The notes: generated from the sequence alone by a model not told the origin. 64,000 bases of DNA from Hemiscyllium ocellatum (GCF_020745735.1 NC_083410.1:4996117-5060116), one strand, 5' to 3'. Shown: positions 34,875 to 49,379, counted from the stretch's first letter. Program-made: numbers and translations.

Positions 34875-37800
34875 AGTGGTTAGCACTGTTGTCTCACAGC
34901 ACCAAGGACCCGGGCTCGATTACACCTTCAGGCAACTCTCTGCACCTTCTCCCTGGGTCTGTGGAGGTTGCCTCTGGGTACTCTGGTTTCCTCCCACAGT
35001 CCAAAGTTGTGCAGATCAGGTGGATTTGCTGTGGAAAATGCAGGGTTTCAGGGCTAGGATAGCATCGGTGCAGGTTCAATGGGCTGAACAGAATCCCTAC
35101 AGCATGGAAAGAGGCTATCTCACCATCATAGAATTGCTCACATAAAAGTGAGCAACCTACCCATCAATAAAGGAAAAAGAATTGTAAAGTTTGAGGGTCA
35201 AGACCAACACACCCCTGAAAGTAGCTACAAAGAAACCAAAATATTTCAAATGAAGTAAAAGTTCTACCATGATGGACATAAATTTTTTTTTAAGTGGAGA
35301 AGTTAACCAAATTCCAAAACAAAAGTGAAAATCAAATTTCAGTTTTTCTCCCCCACAGCAACATACAATGTAGAAATAGGACAATGCACCGAATAGGTAC
35401 CAAAACTCCATTAAAGAAAAACAACTACTTTCTTCATCTGAAGAATCACTCCCATCCCAAACGGTTTCTTGAGTTGCATCACAGACCATCAACATTGTTG
35501 TCATTGTGACATCACTCACCATGTTTCTGTATTCTTTAGGATCGCCGGTCAGGCCAGCAGTTACTGCCCCGAGGACGTTCAGACACTGCCGCTGGTCCGG
35601 AATCACATGTAGGTCAGACCAGGTAAGGGCATTACTGAACCAGGATGGGTTTTTATGGCTGTGGTTATGTGGTTGTCATTGGGCTCCTCCAGATTAGTAT
35701 TGTGAAGATTGTCAGATCAACTTTGATTTTATTGAATGACACAGCAGACTTGATGGTCAGAATGGCATACTCTTGCTCCTACAGGTGGTGCCTTGGTCTC
35801 ATGTATTCACATACACAACAGGCCTGATTATTTGGATAGAAACAGTGTCGAAGGGTATAAGGAAATTGATACTCATTTGAAAACACGTAGGCATGATGGA
35901 CCAAATGGCCTCTTCCTGTGCCTTTACATTGTTGTGATTCTGTGATGAGGAGCTAAACAGTTTGCCTCAAAGGAAATTGTCCATTTCTACAAATGTAGGA
36001 TTGTACCAGGACAAGTTTGATTCATCAATGAAAAGGTTGCAAGTACAGAAAGTTTGGATTTTTGGCCACAAGTCAACTTATCTGCAAGATCAACCAATAC
36101 TTGAGCACATATGATAAAAGAAATCAAAATATTTATTTGGGAATTACTAAAATGAGATGAAGCAGGGTAGTTCAGATTTCACAAATGATCATCTCAAATT
36201 GGTGCATGCAGCTTAACTCTGTAGAAGGACAAGGGCAAGTGGTATATGGGAACACCACCCCCTGCAAGTTCTGAGCGACTCACCACCCTGACTTGGAATT
36301 ATGTCGCTTTTCCTTCACTGTTGCTGGGTCAAAATCCTGGAACTCCCTTCCTAAGGGCATTGCTGGTCTACCTACAGAGCATGGAGTGCAGCACTTGAAG
36401 ATTTCCAATTTGATTTGATTTGCTGTTGTCACATGTACCTTTCCCAAGGCAGCAGGAAGGGCAGGCCGGGGTAATGGGTGGACAACATTTGGTCCATCAT
36501 ATCCATATATTCTACATTCTGTTCTGTTACTTATATACTTATATAAAAGTACAGTTTGTCTGGATAGCTTGCAAAACAATACTTTTCACCGTATCTCAGT
36601 ACATACGACAATAATATATCAAATCAGTGATGCCACATCCTGAGGACAATTGGAAAAAAGGCAACCACATCTTTGCAGCCACCTAAAATTTAGAAATTTG
36701 AGTAGACCTTTCTGCCCATGGAGCCGGTCTATTGTTCAATATGATCATGGCTAGTTACCACCTCAGCACCACTTTCCTGCACTGTTCCCATATTGCTTGA
36801 TGTCATTACTCTCCAGAAATCTGTCTGAACTGAAATGAAATTCCACAGCTCACTGAGAGTGGGGAATTCCAAAGATTCACCACCCTCCAAGTAAAGAAAT
36901 TTCTACTTTTTCTCAGTTTTAAATGAAAATCCCCTTATCCCGTGGTTCCACCCCCTGATTCCTGAGCAACAGCCTGTGGAAAGATCTCTTCTGCATATAC
37001 TCGAGAAGAGTTCTAATTCCTAAAACATATTAAAGCTGCTTCTCTGAACCGACAGTCACATATCACTAGGACAAAATGTACAGCTTAGTGACATAAAAAC
37101 CTTCAACTGAAAATAATCCAGGTCAGGAAAGGATTTTTACCAATGAACTGGACTGAAAGTGCATGAAAATAATATCATAAGTCAGTGCATAATCATTGCT
37201 GGTCCTTAAGCATAGCCTAACACTCACCAAACAAAACAACCTATTCAGAGCACAGTAAAATGCACATGCAGTCCTAAGAGATTAACCCGTAAATCTAGTA
37301 CTTGTGTGACATGCCAGCAAATTTTTAAAATGCTAAACCATACTCCTCCAAACAATTCTATCAATTGTTGCACTGCCAGGATGCTGAAAGGTAAACTAAT
37401 GAGACCTCCGGCTCTTTTGTCTAGCAATTTCAGTTCTCTGAAAACACCAGTCAAGAAAGAACAAGCGTCATCGGAACTTCCTCCCCTCCCTCTAACCTCT
37501 GGTGTAACAGCAAGACTTGTCTAAGGAAACTGTAAACATTGAACAGCAGAACAAGATAATACCATAAATCACACTTGCCTAACCAAACCACAAGTAACCC
37601 ACCATCTGTAGAGAGATGTTTCATTACATGCATCTCAGTGTAACCAGGCAAGAACAAAACAAACCCATCTAAATAACTTTCCTTTCTCCCATTTGCCCAA
37701 CTGGTTCAGATTTAGTCGTGTGCTGTTTGGCACCGTTTTAAAAAGAAGATTTATTCACTGGAGATGGAAATGCTGCAAAACGTAAAATTAAAAAAAAACC

Positions 37801-38384
37801 CTCCAGGGAGTTATGTTGTTTTAAAGCTGCTTGATTCACAGTTAACTTCATCTAAGAAATGTAAAAGTCAAAGTTAGTATTGGAGAGAACACCGCCATGG
37901 CAAAGGAATGGAGATGTTTGGGGGAGAACGATCCTAGATTTAATATTTGCTGAGTTACTGGATTACAGATGGTGTAGTGGCCAGGGCACCCATCCAAAAG
38001 AACAGAAACAAAACAGAGCAACGTTTGTATCCTTAGCGATCAGAGAGAAATTTCACAATGTTTAAAACTGGCCTCTTGCCTGCTCGCTCCTTCCCATGGG
38101 CAGGAACGCAAGACCTGAGTAGACTCCATCCTCAAAGCAAGAGATGACGATTGCCTTCACCACTCCATTGGCAGCCATGCCCTAAGCTGCCTCAGGCCTA
38201 AGCTCTCACATTCCCTCCACTTAACACTGCTCCATACCTTGACCTCTCATCCTCAGCATTTGGTCACCAGTCCTGCTATCTCCTTTTGTAATTTGCTGTC
38301 AAACCTTGCCCGATAAAGCAGCTTGCGGTATTTTACAACATTAATGATTACAAATAAAATGCAGTATACATATCCAAGTTTGTT

Positions 38385-38740
38385 GACGAATCAGAGGCTG
38401 GAACTATTTTCTCCCAGAGTATCGGAGGGTGATGGGGTGGCCTTATAGAGGTTAATAAAATCAAAAGACCATAGATAAGGTGAACATCTGAGGTCTTTCC
38501 TCAAGGTTAGGGGAGTCAAAGTGGAACGGAGGGGCAACCTTTTCTGTACAAAGAGTAGTGCATGTATGGGCTGCCAGAGGAAATGGTAGAGGTGAGTACA
38601 ATTACAACGTTTAAAAGACACTTGGATAGGAAAGGGAAAAGGGACAAATACAGGTAAATGGGACGAGTTCAGTTTGGGAAGCCTAGTCAGCATGAACAAG
38701 TTGGGCGGCAGAGTCTGTTTCTGTGCTGTATGATTCAAAG
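38385..38740 (+). mobile_element. CR1 3' fragment
   Basis: Degenerate RT C-terminus and 3' UTR. Confidence 0.65.
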
Positions 38741-39022
38741 AAAATTGCAATTATCCCTTTTTGTATGGCATTAAACAAAGATTACAACATGGGAAGATTT
38801 TATTCAGTTCATAGATCCATGCTGGCTCTCTGTTGATCAGTCTCATTATCCATTTTACCCCAACCCACCAACTGTTTCCCCAAAAGCAGTCAATTTATTT
38901 TTTGTAGTGATCCAGGTCCCCTACATGTCATGTTCTTGTGCTTTCTTCGTCAGTTGTTCATAGCAGTTGTAAGGAAGGGTCACTCAACCAGAAACACTAA
39001 CCCTGATTTCTCTCCACAGATG

Positions 39023-39202
39023 TGTTGCTGGTTAAAGCACAGCAGGTCAGGCAGCATCCAAGGAACAGCAAATTCGACGTTTCGGGCCAGAGCCCTTCAT
39101 CACCCTTTTCCTGTTCCTTGGATGCTGCCTGACCTGCTGTGCTTTAACCTGCAACACATTTTCAGCTCTGATCTCCAGCATCTGCAGACCTCACTTTTTA
39201 AC
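39023..39202. mobile_element. Fold-back PLE pseudo-LTR element with 15-bp TSD, inserted into an older pLTR remnant
   Basis: TSD ttctctccacagatg at 39008-39022 and 39203-39217. Minus-strand GTGATGAAGGGCTCTGGCCCGAAACGTC at 39076-39103. Confidence 0.85.
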
Positions 39203-41209
39203 TTCTCTCCACAGATGCTGCCAGACCTGCTGAACTTTTCCAGCAATTTCTATATTGGCCTGTAGGAATCCTCATTTTCAATTCCAAGTTGTCTAATATC
39301 ATCATTCTCTTTCTTTGAAATGAGATTAGATGATGTAGACAATCACATCCATCAGCAAGCTCTCCTGTTTAGAATGTGGCAACCCAGCCTTGTTGCCTCT
39401 TCATGATAATCACGACCGATCTGCCCCTCCATCATCATTCTAGGCATGTTCTTCAATGTGTTTGTGATCTCTCCAACTAACCTGCTCCATCCTTTCCCAG
39501 AACCACATTTCACAACTTCCTACTCTTTAGATGTCCATCATTATCAAAGTTCATATTTCAGGTCCATACAACAAGTGACTCTGAACCATGTCTTGATCAT
39601 TCTATTCTTAACATCTCTGCACAGATGCAATGCATAATTCTTTAAGCTTAGAGCTTGCAGATATTACTGTGATTACACAATGATTTCTTCACCACAAAAT
39701 CCTCTCCAAGTATTTAAATTGTGTTCCAGTTTTGACCACACACCTTCGTGTCTTCATCTCCTAACAGTCATACCAGACTCAAGTCATTAACTTTGTTTTT
39801 CTTTCCACAAATGCTGCCAGATGTGCTGAGTTTCTCCAACATTCTCGGTGCTCGTTTTAGATTTCTAGCATCTGCATTATTTGGCGTTTAAGTGCTTTAC
39901 TTCTGCTTTCCCGTTAATATTTATTATAACCTTTACAAATTTTGTCTTTTATGCATTAATATTTATTCCACAAGTATAATCCAATTTCCTCTTAGAATCA
40001 TTCGTTGACCTTGCTTCTCAATGGCAGCACATTCCAGGCCATAACCACTCACTGACTCTTCATCACATTCCCCTGAATCTCTTACCCAGGATCTTAAATC
40101 CTTGAACCATGAACTAACAGAAACTAGTGCTTCATTGAAGCCTGTCATTTTTTTGACATCTTGTTCAAAAACTCCCCTCAATCTCGTTTACTCCAAAAAA
40201 AAAGGAGAATAATTTCAATGTTTCCAGTTTGATCTTTCAGCTAAAACCTCATCCAACGCTGGAAGCATTCTTGTCAAAGCCTTTCAGGGACCCAAGCCCC
40301 CTTCCTAAAGTGTGGTGACTGGAATAATAATAGCACAACGCTCTTGATGTGGCCTCAGCAGAGGCTCAGAGGCATTCAGTATAACTTCCCTGCTTCTGGA
40401 CTCAATACCTTCAATTATGAAGGCCAAGATCGCAAAAGCTTTGTTAGTCATTATCCCAATAAGTCCTGCTACATGAACAAGACCAACGCACATGAACCTG
40501 CAGGCACCTCTATCCCTGCACAATGAACCATGCAAAGAGTGACATTTTTGACCTCCTTTCGAGCAAACAACCCCCTGTATATTAACCTATCCCATTCCCA
40601 AATACCCCACATTCATCTAGCCAGTCCAAACTTATGTGCTGACATAGTGGGAGAGACAGGAACAAATCTCACAAGTGAAACCTGCAGGGTTTACAACTTT
40701 CTGTGCCCTTAGCTCAAAGCCATTTACATTGCATCTTGTACCCATGATATCTCAATTACAGAAATTTAAAAAAACTGTCAATTCTCTCCTACCCCATCTT
40801 TTAATAATTTCAAACAATTCTCGTAACCATTTTTTTGTTTTAAAGCATCTCAGATTTTTCAAATTTCTTTTTGCATGAGTGTCCTTTTATATGAGTGTGC
40901 TGGGATACAGCATCCCAGCAAATGTGCACCGTACCCTCACTAAAGCCTCAATACACTTTTTACAGTAGAGCTCACTGCCACACAAGCTATTCGTGTGTAC
41001 CTCCCTAATATTTTACACAGACTCACTGATTTTCAGATTGTGATAAAAACATGTTCAGATGGTGAAAGAAAACCCATAACTTAGGTTGGTTTTTCTCAGA
41101 AAAGAGTAAACTTTCTTCCATTCCAGCTTTTCATATTCTGAAAACCTGCCCCCATCAAACACACAATAAACTCCCACCAACAGCCAACTCCCATTCATAA
41201 TAACTACTG

Positions 41210-41497
41210 GGTGGCCTCTCACAGAGCCAGAGACCCGGGTTCAATTCCCACCTCAGACAACTGTCTGTGTGGAGTTTGTGCATTCTGTCCGTGTCTGTGT
41301 GGGTTTCCTCCGGGTGCTCCGGTTTCCTCCCACAGTCCCAAAAATGTGCAGGTTAGGTGAATTGGCCATGTTAAATTGCCCGTAGTATTAGGTGAAGGGG
41401 TAAATGTAGGGAAATGGGTCTGGGTGAGTTGCTCTTCAGAGGGTCATTGTGGACTTGTTGGGCTGAAAGGCCTGTTTCCACACTAAGTTTCTATCTA
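41210..41497 (+). mobile_element. HE1/V-SINE-like SINE
   Basis: Head-core-tail structure as in the other copies. Confidence 0.85.
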
Positions 41498-43573
41498 ATC
41501 ATGTCATGCCTCTTTAAAAAACACCTTAAACATTTCAGTGTCTTGTCCCATATTGTTGAGAACTCAATGTATGTTCCTTTGGACTTTCCAAAACAAAAAA
41601 AAGATTATAGACAGACTTCTAAACAATTGAAGAGTCGAGGGTTGTATGGAATAGGCAGGAGAGTGGAGTTGAATCCAACAGCGGACCAGCCGTTATCTTC
41701 GTGAATTACAAGGCACCACTCAAGGGGCCAAGGACCTATCCCTGCTACTGCTTATTTAATTTTTAAATTACATAGACTTTTTTAAAAAATGATGTTTACT
41801 AATCAGAGCCACTCCCAAAAACCTGATAGCCAGCTCAGTAGAAAATGTTCCCAAAACTCAACCCTGCTTCTTTTTTCCTCTCTTTCTTTGCTTTGGAAGG
41901 ACTATAATACAGAACTTACACTTTTTTTCTTTAAATTTTCTAATTTATAACTAAGATTTAGTACCCAGGCACCTTCGGTGCAGTAAGAGGCAACTTTGTA
42001 CACTTTACACTGCACTCTTTTATTCCTGTAGTTGAGTATATGTGACAGTAAAACCAAATTCTAAAATCTAATTCTACACCGTCACTTCCAACCATTAAAT
42101 AAAATGACCTTCATTTCTTCCCACTAACCAAGTTTTAAATAGAATATGTTACTCAGCCGCTAATTTAATTCTTCTTTAATCTGTCATAGTTATCTCCCGT
42201 GTGACAACTTGCCACATGCTTTCCTATTACCCAATTCGCTAAATCTCAACCTACACCATCAAAAGGAAATCCAACAGGTTTCACAAAGCACGCTGTCCTT
42301 TTTGAAAACAATTTCCTCTTTACATTAAAAAAAGCAAAATACTAGGCATTCAACTCAGGGAAAAAAAACAGAAAAACCGCTGAAGACCGGGGAGTGAAAC
42401 AGTTCTCCAGAAATCCAAACAAGAGATGTGTTACTGGACCCAAAACTTAATTCTGATACACTCCCAAAAGATGCTGCCAGATCTCCTTAGATCCTCTTTA
42501 GGCTGCTGTGCGTTAATGTCATTCTTCAAGGCTGAGGTTTCTCCTATTACAGATGCTATGTTAACTGGGCTGCAATTATACATTTCAGCGCAACCTTGTT
42601 TCCTAAAAATAAACTATGTGGTTTCTTGCTTCCTCAGGCAATGTAACAAGGGTCACAGGACCCCAGAATCTGCATGTATTAGGTGATAAGATCTTTAAAG
42701 TGGGAGCAGTTGGATCGTGGTTTAAGAAAGTGACCAAATTCAAGGTAGTGAACCAGTTAGGTTTTTCTCAACAATCAGCAACGGATCCATAGTCATCTAC
42801 TAAACTTTTAAATTCCACATTTGCAAATTCAAGTTCCACTATCTGCCATTGCAGGATTCGAACCTAGGTCCCCAAAGCATTCCCTGGGTCTCTGGATTAA
42901 CAGCCCACCAATAATATCACTGGGCCATTACATTTCTCAATTATTAAATGGATCTAATATTCCGCCACTAGATTTTTCTGCCTTTTCCCCGTAGCTCTTG
43001 ATTCCCTTACTGATTAAAAATCTGTCCACCTCAGCCTTGAATATATTAAATGACCCAGCCTCGACAGGTCTCTGTTGTAAAGAATTCCACAGATTCATTG
43101 CCACAGAAGAAATTCCTTCTCATCTCTGTCTTAAATGTGCAATCTTTCATTCTGAGATTATATCCTCCAGGCCTAGATTATCCCACAAGTGGAAACGACT
43201 GGTGTGCATCTACCCTGTTAACTCCTCAAAGAATCTTGTATGTTTCAATATGGTTTCCTCAAATTTTTCTAAACTCCAACAAGTATAGGTCCAACCTGCT
43301 CAACCTATCCTCATAACAGGTATGGGTAACTGTCTTATCAGCCAAGTGAACTGCCTCCTTTGTGTCTTCCTGTTCCATTCCCAGTATTATTCAAATAGAT
43401 ATCCCGTAATTTTGTCAAATCCCTTTGCTGTATAAGCCTTCATTTCCCTCTCCCAAACCCAGCCCCCTAGCTAATTTAAAAGACCTCTCTACAACCTTAG
43501 TTGTTCGATTCATCTTGATACTGATCCCATTGGTGTGCTGCAGCTCCCACATGTTGCAGCACCAATTTAACTT

Positions 43574-43895
43574 TTAGATTGCATTGGATTACTTACAGTG
43601 TGGAAACAGGCCCTTCGACCCAACAAGTCCACACGGACCTGCCGAAGCGCAACCCACCCAATACCCCTACATTTACCCCTTCACCTAACACTACGGCCAA
43701 TTTAGCATAGCCAATTCACCTGACCTGCACATCTTTGGACTGTGGGAGGAAACCGGAGCACCCGTAGGAAACCCACGCAGACACGGAGAGAATGTGCAAA
43801 CTCTACACACACAGTCAGTCGCCTGAGATGGGAATTGAACCCGGGTCTCTGGCGCTGTGAGGCAGCAGTGCTAACCACTGTACCCCATGCCGTTT
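43574..43895 (-). mobile_element. HE1/V-SINE-like SINE
   Basis: Head-core-tail structure as in the other copies. Confidence 0.9.
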
Positions 43896-45699
43896 TAGAT
43901 TAATTAGTCAAGTGTTTACACTTTACTGTCCCAATATATTGTGTTTATAAACCAAAAAGAGAAAGAAACCATCAGTATCAATCCAATATGGAAGAATTTT
44001 TCTTTCAGAAGGAAGAAAACAGTGCAGACCTAAACATAAACCAAAAACCTGATGTTTACTTTCATGACTAGAAACATTCATTGGTCCTACTTCCCTGTCA
44101 GCTGCTTTCCCCACCCTTTTACCATCTATGGTTTGTGTTGTGTCTCTGTCACTGTCTCACTGCAGATCAGCCTCACAACCCACATCCTCTGTTGTCTCCC
44201 TCTCACCTTGCTCCGCAACATTTACTTATCACAGTAAACCATAGTTAGAACACCTCTTCCTCACTTTGGCCTGAATTTCCATTTCACAAAGTTTCAAGTG
44301 TAGTCAGTCAGAACTCACTCAGCCTGGATCTGATTGAGCTGAGACCCCACAGCTGCTGTTCCAACACAAACTATGTGCCTTGTAACCTGTGCCTAGAGTC
44401 ATCTCTTTCTTACAACCACCTGATGAGGAAGCAGCACTTCAAAAGCTAGTGCTTCCAAATAAACCTGTTGGTCTACAACCTGGTGTCATGTAACTTTTAA
44501 ACCTTATCCCAGTTCAACGCCAGTCCATCAAAAATCATTCTTACAAAGGTCAGGTCTTCAGGTCTGCACAAGGAACTTGTTTAGTTACCCCAATCAAAAC
44601 CTTATTTGAAATAAAGGAACTCAAGTATTTGAATTCTAACAACCAGAATCAGTCAACTTTAATCGGAAAAATATACTTACCTAATCTGATTATAACAACA
44701 AAGGGTAAATTTGGAAAGGATATTCCAGCTGTTCCCACTTTAAAATTTCCAACAAAAGTCAGTCAGACCTCACTCAATTGACATCTCACACTGCTGTAGT
44801 CCCAACACAAACGGTGCGTGAGAAAAGTCTGCTCAGAACCTTACGAACCACTCCAATGAACAGCACATTTACACAAAGGAATAAAAGGACTAGATATAAG
44901 AAGAGGCCATTCAACCCCTCAAATCCACCCTACCACATTTAATACACTCTCGTCTCAACCTCATCTCCACTTTCCTGCCTGCTCGCTATAACCTTTCAAA
45001 TCATTACTAATTAAAAACCTGTGTCTATCTCCCTAAATATACTCAATGCTCCAGCATCTACCACACTCTGAGGTAGCGAATTCTATGAATTCACACCCTT
45101 TTGATAGAATCTTATTTGTTTCGATAAGGTCTTCACTCATTCTTCTAAACTTCAATGACTACAAAGGCCCAACCTACTCAACCTCTTCCACTGGATTCCC
45201 TCCAGTACCAGTAAATCTTTCTGTATTCTAGGCACTCTGATACAATGTCTATCTTCCTGGAAAGAGTAAACGTGATCAAGACATTTTGCTGAGAAAAATG
45301 AGAGCAGAAATTATAGACCAGTTAAGCTTGGTTGTCAGGAAAGTACAAGAGTCTATAATTAAGAGTAGGCTGACTGAACAGCTCCAACATTTTCAGCTGA
45401 TCAGACAGAGTCTAACTTGTAAAGAATAGGTCATGCCAAATAAATTCTATTGTATCACTGGCACAGAATGCCTTTAGATATTTTTATATAGATTTCCAGA
45501 AACACTTAATAAAATTCCTCCTAACAGACTGTTAGCTGTGAGGTTCTGAGTAATGGGAACAATTTATTGATCAGCACAGGGAAATAGGCTGAGCAGCTGG
45601 AGACAGTAGGAATATTGGAGAGGGACCTAAAATGGCACAATGTACATAGTGGAATCTCACGAAAATCTGAGCTGGAGCTTCAACTATTTAAAGGTATTG

Positions 45700-45890
45700 C
45701 TGAAAATGTGTTGCTGGTTAAAGCACAGCAGGTCAGGCAGCATCCAAGGAACAGGAAATTCGATGTTTCGGGCCAGAGCCCTTCATCAGGAATGAGGAAA
45801 TGTGTGCCTGGCAGGCTAAGATAAAAGGTAGGGAGGAGGGACTTGGGGGAGGGGCGATGGAGATGTGATAGGTGGAAGGAGGTCAATACC
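45700..45890 (-). mobile_element. PLE 3' pseudo-LTR fragment with hammerhead-like motif
   Basis: Similar to 47751-47940. Minus strand CTGATGAAGGGCTCTGGCCCGAAACATC at 45762-45789. Confidence 0.8.
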
Positions 45891-47024
45891 TTTTTACTAT
45901 TTAAAAAGGTATTTACCAACAAAGTAGATGAGAAATAGAAAGGAAATATCCAAACTTGCAACTGGTATAAAAATACAGAGTCTTATAAATTGTGTGAATG
46001 TGAACATAACATACAGATGGAATTAATGGGCAAAACTGCAGCAAGTGAATACAAGGCCCAGAGAGTCAGACATGTAACTGCAGAGTCAGCATTATGTAGG
46101 TCAGAGCAGGGAAGTGACCAGGATTTCCTTCCTATTAGTGAACTTATATGGGTTAACAACAATCACTGAAATATTATACGTACATTCACACAGATGAAAA
46201 AGCTCTCTGTTTGTGCCATCTGCAAATTTGGATAAGTGCTTTCTTATTCAGCAACAAATTAGATGAGGGCTGTCATTAGGTAATGTTTAAAAATTGAATT
46301 CAAATTTAATGCCTGCAATGGTAGGGTTCAAACCCATGACCCAAAAACATTAGCCTGGTGCTTGGAATCAATAGTCCAGTGATGTCACCACCACACCATT
46401 ACCTCCCCTCAAAAACAATAGGACAGGACCTTTTTTTTTTTAGGTGGTGAAAATCAAGTCTAGATACTTAGGTCTGAACAAGTACAAAAACGCACAGAAG
46501 CTCAAGAACGTAACTAACAAGAATCAGAGGCTGCCACTCAGCTCATACTGCCTCTGGGTTGTGCAGCCACAGGGAAGCTCGGGACATGTTGAACGGTGTG
46601 TGGGTGAACAACTTCCACTTCAGAAGCCATTGCCCCACACCTTGGAGGTCCATGAAGCAGAAAGAAAATTACAGGGAATTTTGCAGTTGGTCCCACAGAC
46701 CAATATAACCATGGCTGATGTTTATGGGCACAACACCAACTCCAGACTCTGTCTGTCACCCATAACCCTTGATTCCATGAAGGATTAAAAAAAGTGTAAT
46801 GAAAATATTCTACAACTCAGCTTCCACTGCTCTGTGGGCTCAAGAGTTACCAAACATTAACAATCCCCCAGACAGAAAACTCCTCTTCATTTTTAAAATG
46901 GGAAGATACCATATTCTCAAATATTCAAAATAGCTAATGAAATGTTGGTTTTTACAATCTAGGGCACCAGAATACAAGTGAGTACATGTCATACTTCAGC
47001 TGTACAAAGTCTTGTTTAGTTGGA

Positions 47025-47290
47025 CAGCACAATGGCTCAGTGGCTAGCACTGCTGCCTCACAGTACCAGGGACCCAGCCTTGGTCCCAGCCACTGAAGTT
47101 TGTACATTCTCCCAATGTCTGCATAGATTTCCTCTATGCGCTCCTGTTTCCTCCCACAGTCCAACAATGTGCAAGTTAGGTGGATTGGCCATGCTAATTT
47201 GTCTCATAATGTCCAGAGAAATGTACCTGCTCTGGGGCTAGATCAGGGGTTTGGCTGAATAGCCTCTTCCTGCATTGTACAGATTCTATG
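47025..47290 (+). mobile_element. Older V-SINE-like SINE
   Basis: gcacaatggctcagtggctagcac…ctcccacagtcc…ggattggccatgctaa. Confidence 0.7.
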
Positions 47291-47748
47291 ATGTGGTGAA
47301 ATTCAGTTGGAGATTAGTTGCGATCACATTGAATGATGGGCTACAACAGCAGGTCAGAGGCTAGGAATCCTGCAGTGAGTAATTCACCTCCGACTCCCCA
47401 AAGGCACAAGTCAGGAGTGTAATGGAATAACCTCCACTTGTCTGGATGAGTGCAACTTCAACAACAATCAAGAATCGCAACATCATCCAGGAGAAAGTAG
47501 CCTACTTGACTGGCACCACATCTATTGTTGCCAACACTTCCTCCACCCCATGAATGTAGAGTGGCAGCAATATGCACCATCTTCAAGATGGACCATAGCA
47601 ACATGCCAGGCCTCCTTTGACAGTACCTTCCAAAACTATGACTTCTACCAGCAAGGAAGACAAGATCAACAAACACAAAGGAACACTGTTCCCCTACACA
47701 ACATCCTTGGATTATATTGCCTTTCCTTCATTGTCAATGGGTCAAAAA

Positions 47749-49379
47749 CTGCTGCAAATGTGTTGCTGGTCAAAGCACAGCAGGTTAGGCAGCATCTCAG
47801 GAATAGAGAATTCGACGTTTCGAGCATAAGCCCTTCATCAGGAATAAGAGAGAGAGAGCCAAGCCGGCTGAGATAAAAGGTAGGGAGGAGGGACTAGGGG
47901 GAGGGGCGATGGAGGTGGGATAGGTGGAAGGAGGTCAAGGTGAGGGTGATAGGCCGGAGTGGGGTGGGGGCGGAGAGGTCAGGAAGAGGATTGCAGGTTA
48001 GGAGGGCGGTGCTGAGTTGAGGGAACCGACTGAGACAAGGTGGGGGGAGGGGAAATGAGGAAGCTGGAGAAATCTGAATTCATACCTTGTGGTTGGAGGG
48101 TTCCCAGGCGGAAGATGAGGCGCTCCTCCTCCAGCCGTCGTGTAGTTGTGTTCTGCCAGTGGAGGAGTCCAAGGACCTGCATGTCCTCGGTGGAGTGGGA
48201 GGGGGAGTTAAAGTGTTGAGCCACGGGGTGATTGGGTTGGTTGGTTCGGGCGGCCCAGAGGTGTTCTCTGAAGCGTTCCGCAAGTAAGCGGCCTGTCTCA
48301 CCAATATAGAGGAGGCCACATCGGGTGCAGCGGATGCAATAGATGATGTGTGTGGAGGTACAGGTGAACTTGTGGCGGATATGGAAGGATCCCTTGGGGC
48401 CTTGGAGGGAAGTGAGTGTGGAGGTGTGGGCGCAAGTTCTCACCTACCACCCCACCAACCTGCGCATACAACGTATTATCCGCCGCCATTTCCGCCACCT
48501 CCAAACGGACCCCACCACCAAGGATATATTTCCCTCCCCTCCCCTATCAGCGTTCCGCAAGGACCACTCCCTTCGTGACTCCCTTGTCAGATCCACACCC
48601 CCCACCAACCCAACCTCCACCCCCGGCACCTTCCCCTGCAACCGCAGGAAATGTAAAACTTGCGCCCACACCTCCACACTCACTTCCCTCCAAGGCCCCA
48701 AGGGATCCTTCCATATCCGCCACAAGTTCACCTGTACCTCCACACACATCATCTATTGCATCCGCTGCACCCGATGTGGCCTCCTCTATATTGGTGAGAC
48801 AGGCCGCTTACTTGCGGAACGCTTCAGAGAACACCTCTGGGCCGCCCGAACCAACCAACCCAATCACCCCGTGGCTCAACACTTTAACTCCCCCTCCCAC
48901 TCCACCGAGGACATGCAGGTCCTTGGACTCCTCCACCGGCAGAACACAACTACACGACGGCTGGAGGAGGAGCGCCTCATCTTCCGCCTGGGAACCCTCC
49001 AACCACAAGGTATGAATTCAGATTTCTCCAGCTTCCTCATTTCCCCTCCCCCCACCTTGTCTCAGTCGGTTCCCTCAACTCAGCACCGCCCTCCTAACCT
49101 GCAATCCTCTTCCTGACCTCTCCGCCCCCACCCCACTCCGGCCTATCACCCTCACCTTGACCTCCTTCCACCTATCCCACCTCCATCGCCCCTCCCCCTA
49201 GTCCCTCCTCCCTACCTTTTATCTCAGCCGGCTTGGCTCTCTCTCTCTTATTCCTGATGAAGGGCTTATGCTCGAAACGTCGAATTCTCTATTCCTGAGA
49301 TGCTGCCTAACCTGCTGTGCTTTGACCAGCAACACATTTGCAGCTGTGATCTCCAGCATCTGCAGACCTCATTTTTTAC
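47749..49379 (+). mobile_element. Very young Neptune-type Penelope-like element with 688-bp inverted duplication and 15-bp TSD
   Basis: TSD tcaatgggtcaaaaa at 47734-47748 and 49380-49394. Arms are 47751-48438 and 48657-49344. The plus-strand part from 48439 encodes the RT-EN linker with CNRRKCKTC and a GIY-YIG endonuclease (IIYCIRCTRCGLLYIGETGR…RFREH). Confidence 0.93.
49254..49281 (+). ncRNA. Minimal type I hammerhead ribozyme motif (mirror copy on the minus strand at 47814-47841)
   Basis: CUGAUGA-A-GGGC(uuau)GCUC-GAAA-C-GUC. Stem I AUUC/GAAU, palindromic ACGU in place of stem III. This matches the minimal HHRs described in PLE pseudo-LTRs. Confidence 0.75.

Noticed and set aside
35157-35606. 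149-aa minus-strand ORF with acidic and hydrophobic segments
   Set aside because: Starts at GTG with no convincing acceptor, runs into AT-rich low-complexity sequence, and shows no recognisable domain.
37245-37524. Overlapping ORFs on both strands with a strong minus donor near 37232
   Set aside because: No phase-consistent link to the leader or Ig exons and no recognisable product.
44678-44737. 60-bp minus-strand phase 1-1 micro-exon (VGTAGISFPNLPFVVIIRL) with GTAAGT donor
   Set aside because: Weak acceptor, and it makes no structural sense between a signal peptide and IgV. Chance occurrence is likely.
47979-49015. Multiple duplicated ORFs on both strands suggesting a gene pair
   Set aside because: Fully explained by the inverted repeat.
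48343-49116. 257-aa ORF as a novel fusion protein
   Set aside because: The first ~32 codons are antisense arm sequence read across the inversion junction. The rest is a 5'-truncated PLE endonuclease with no RT and no native start.
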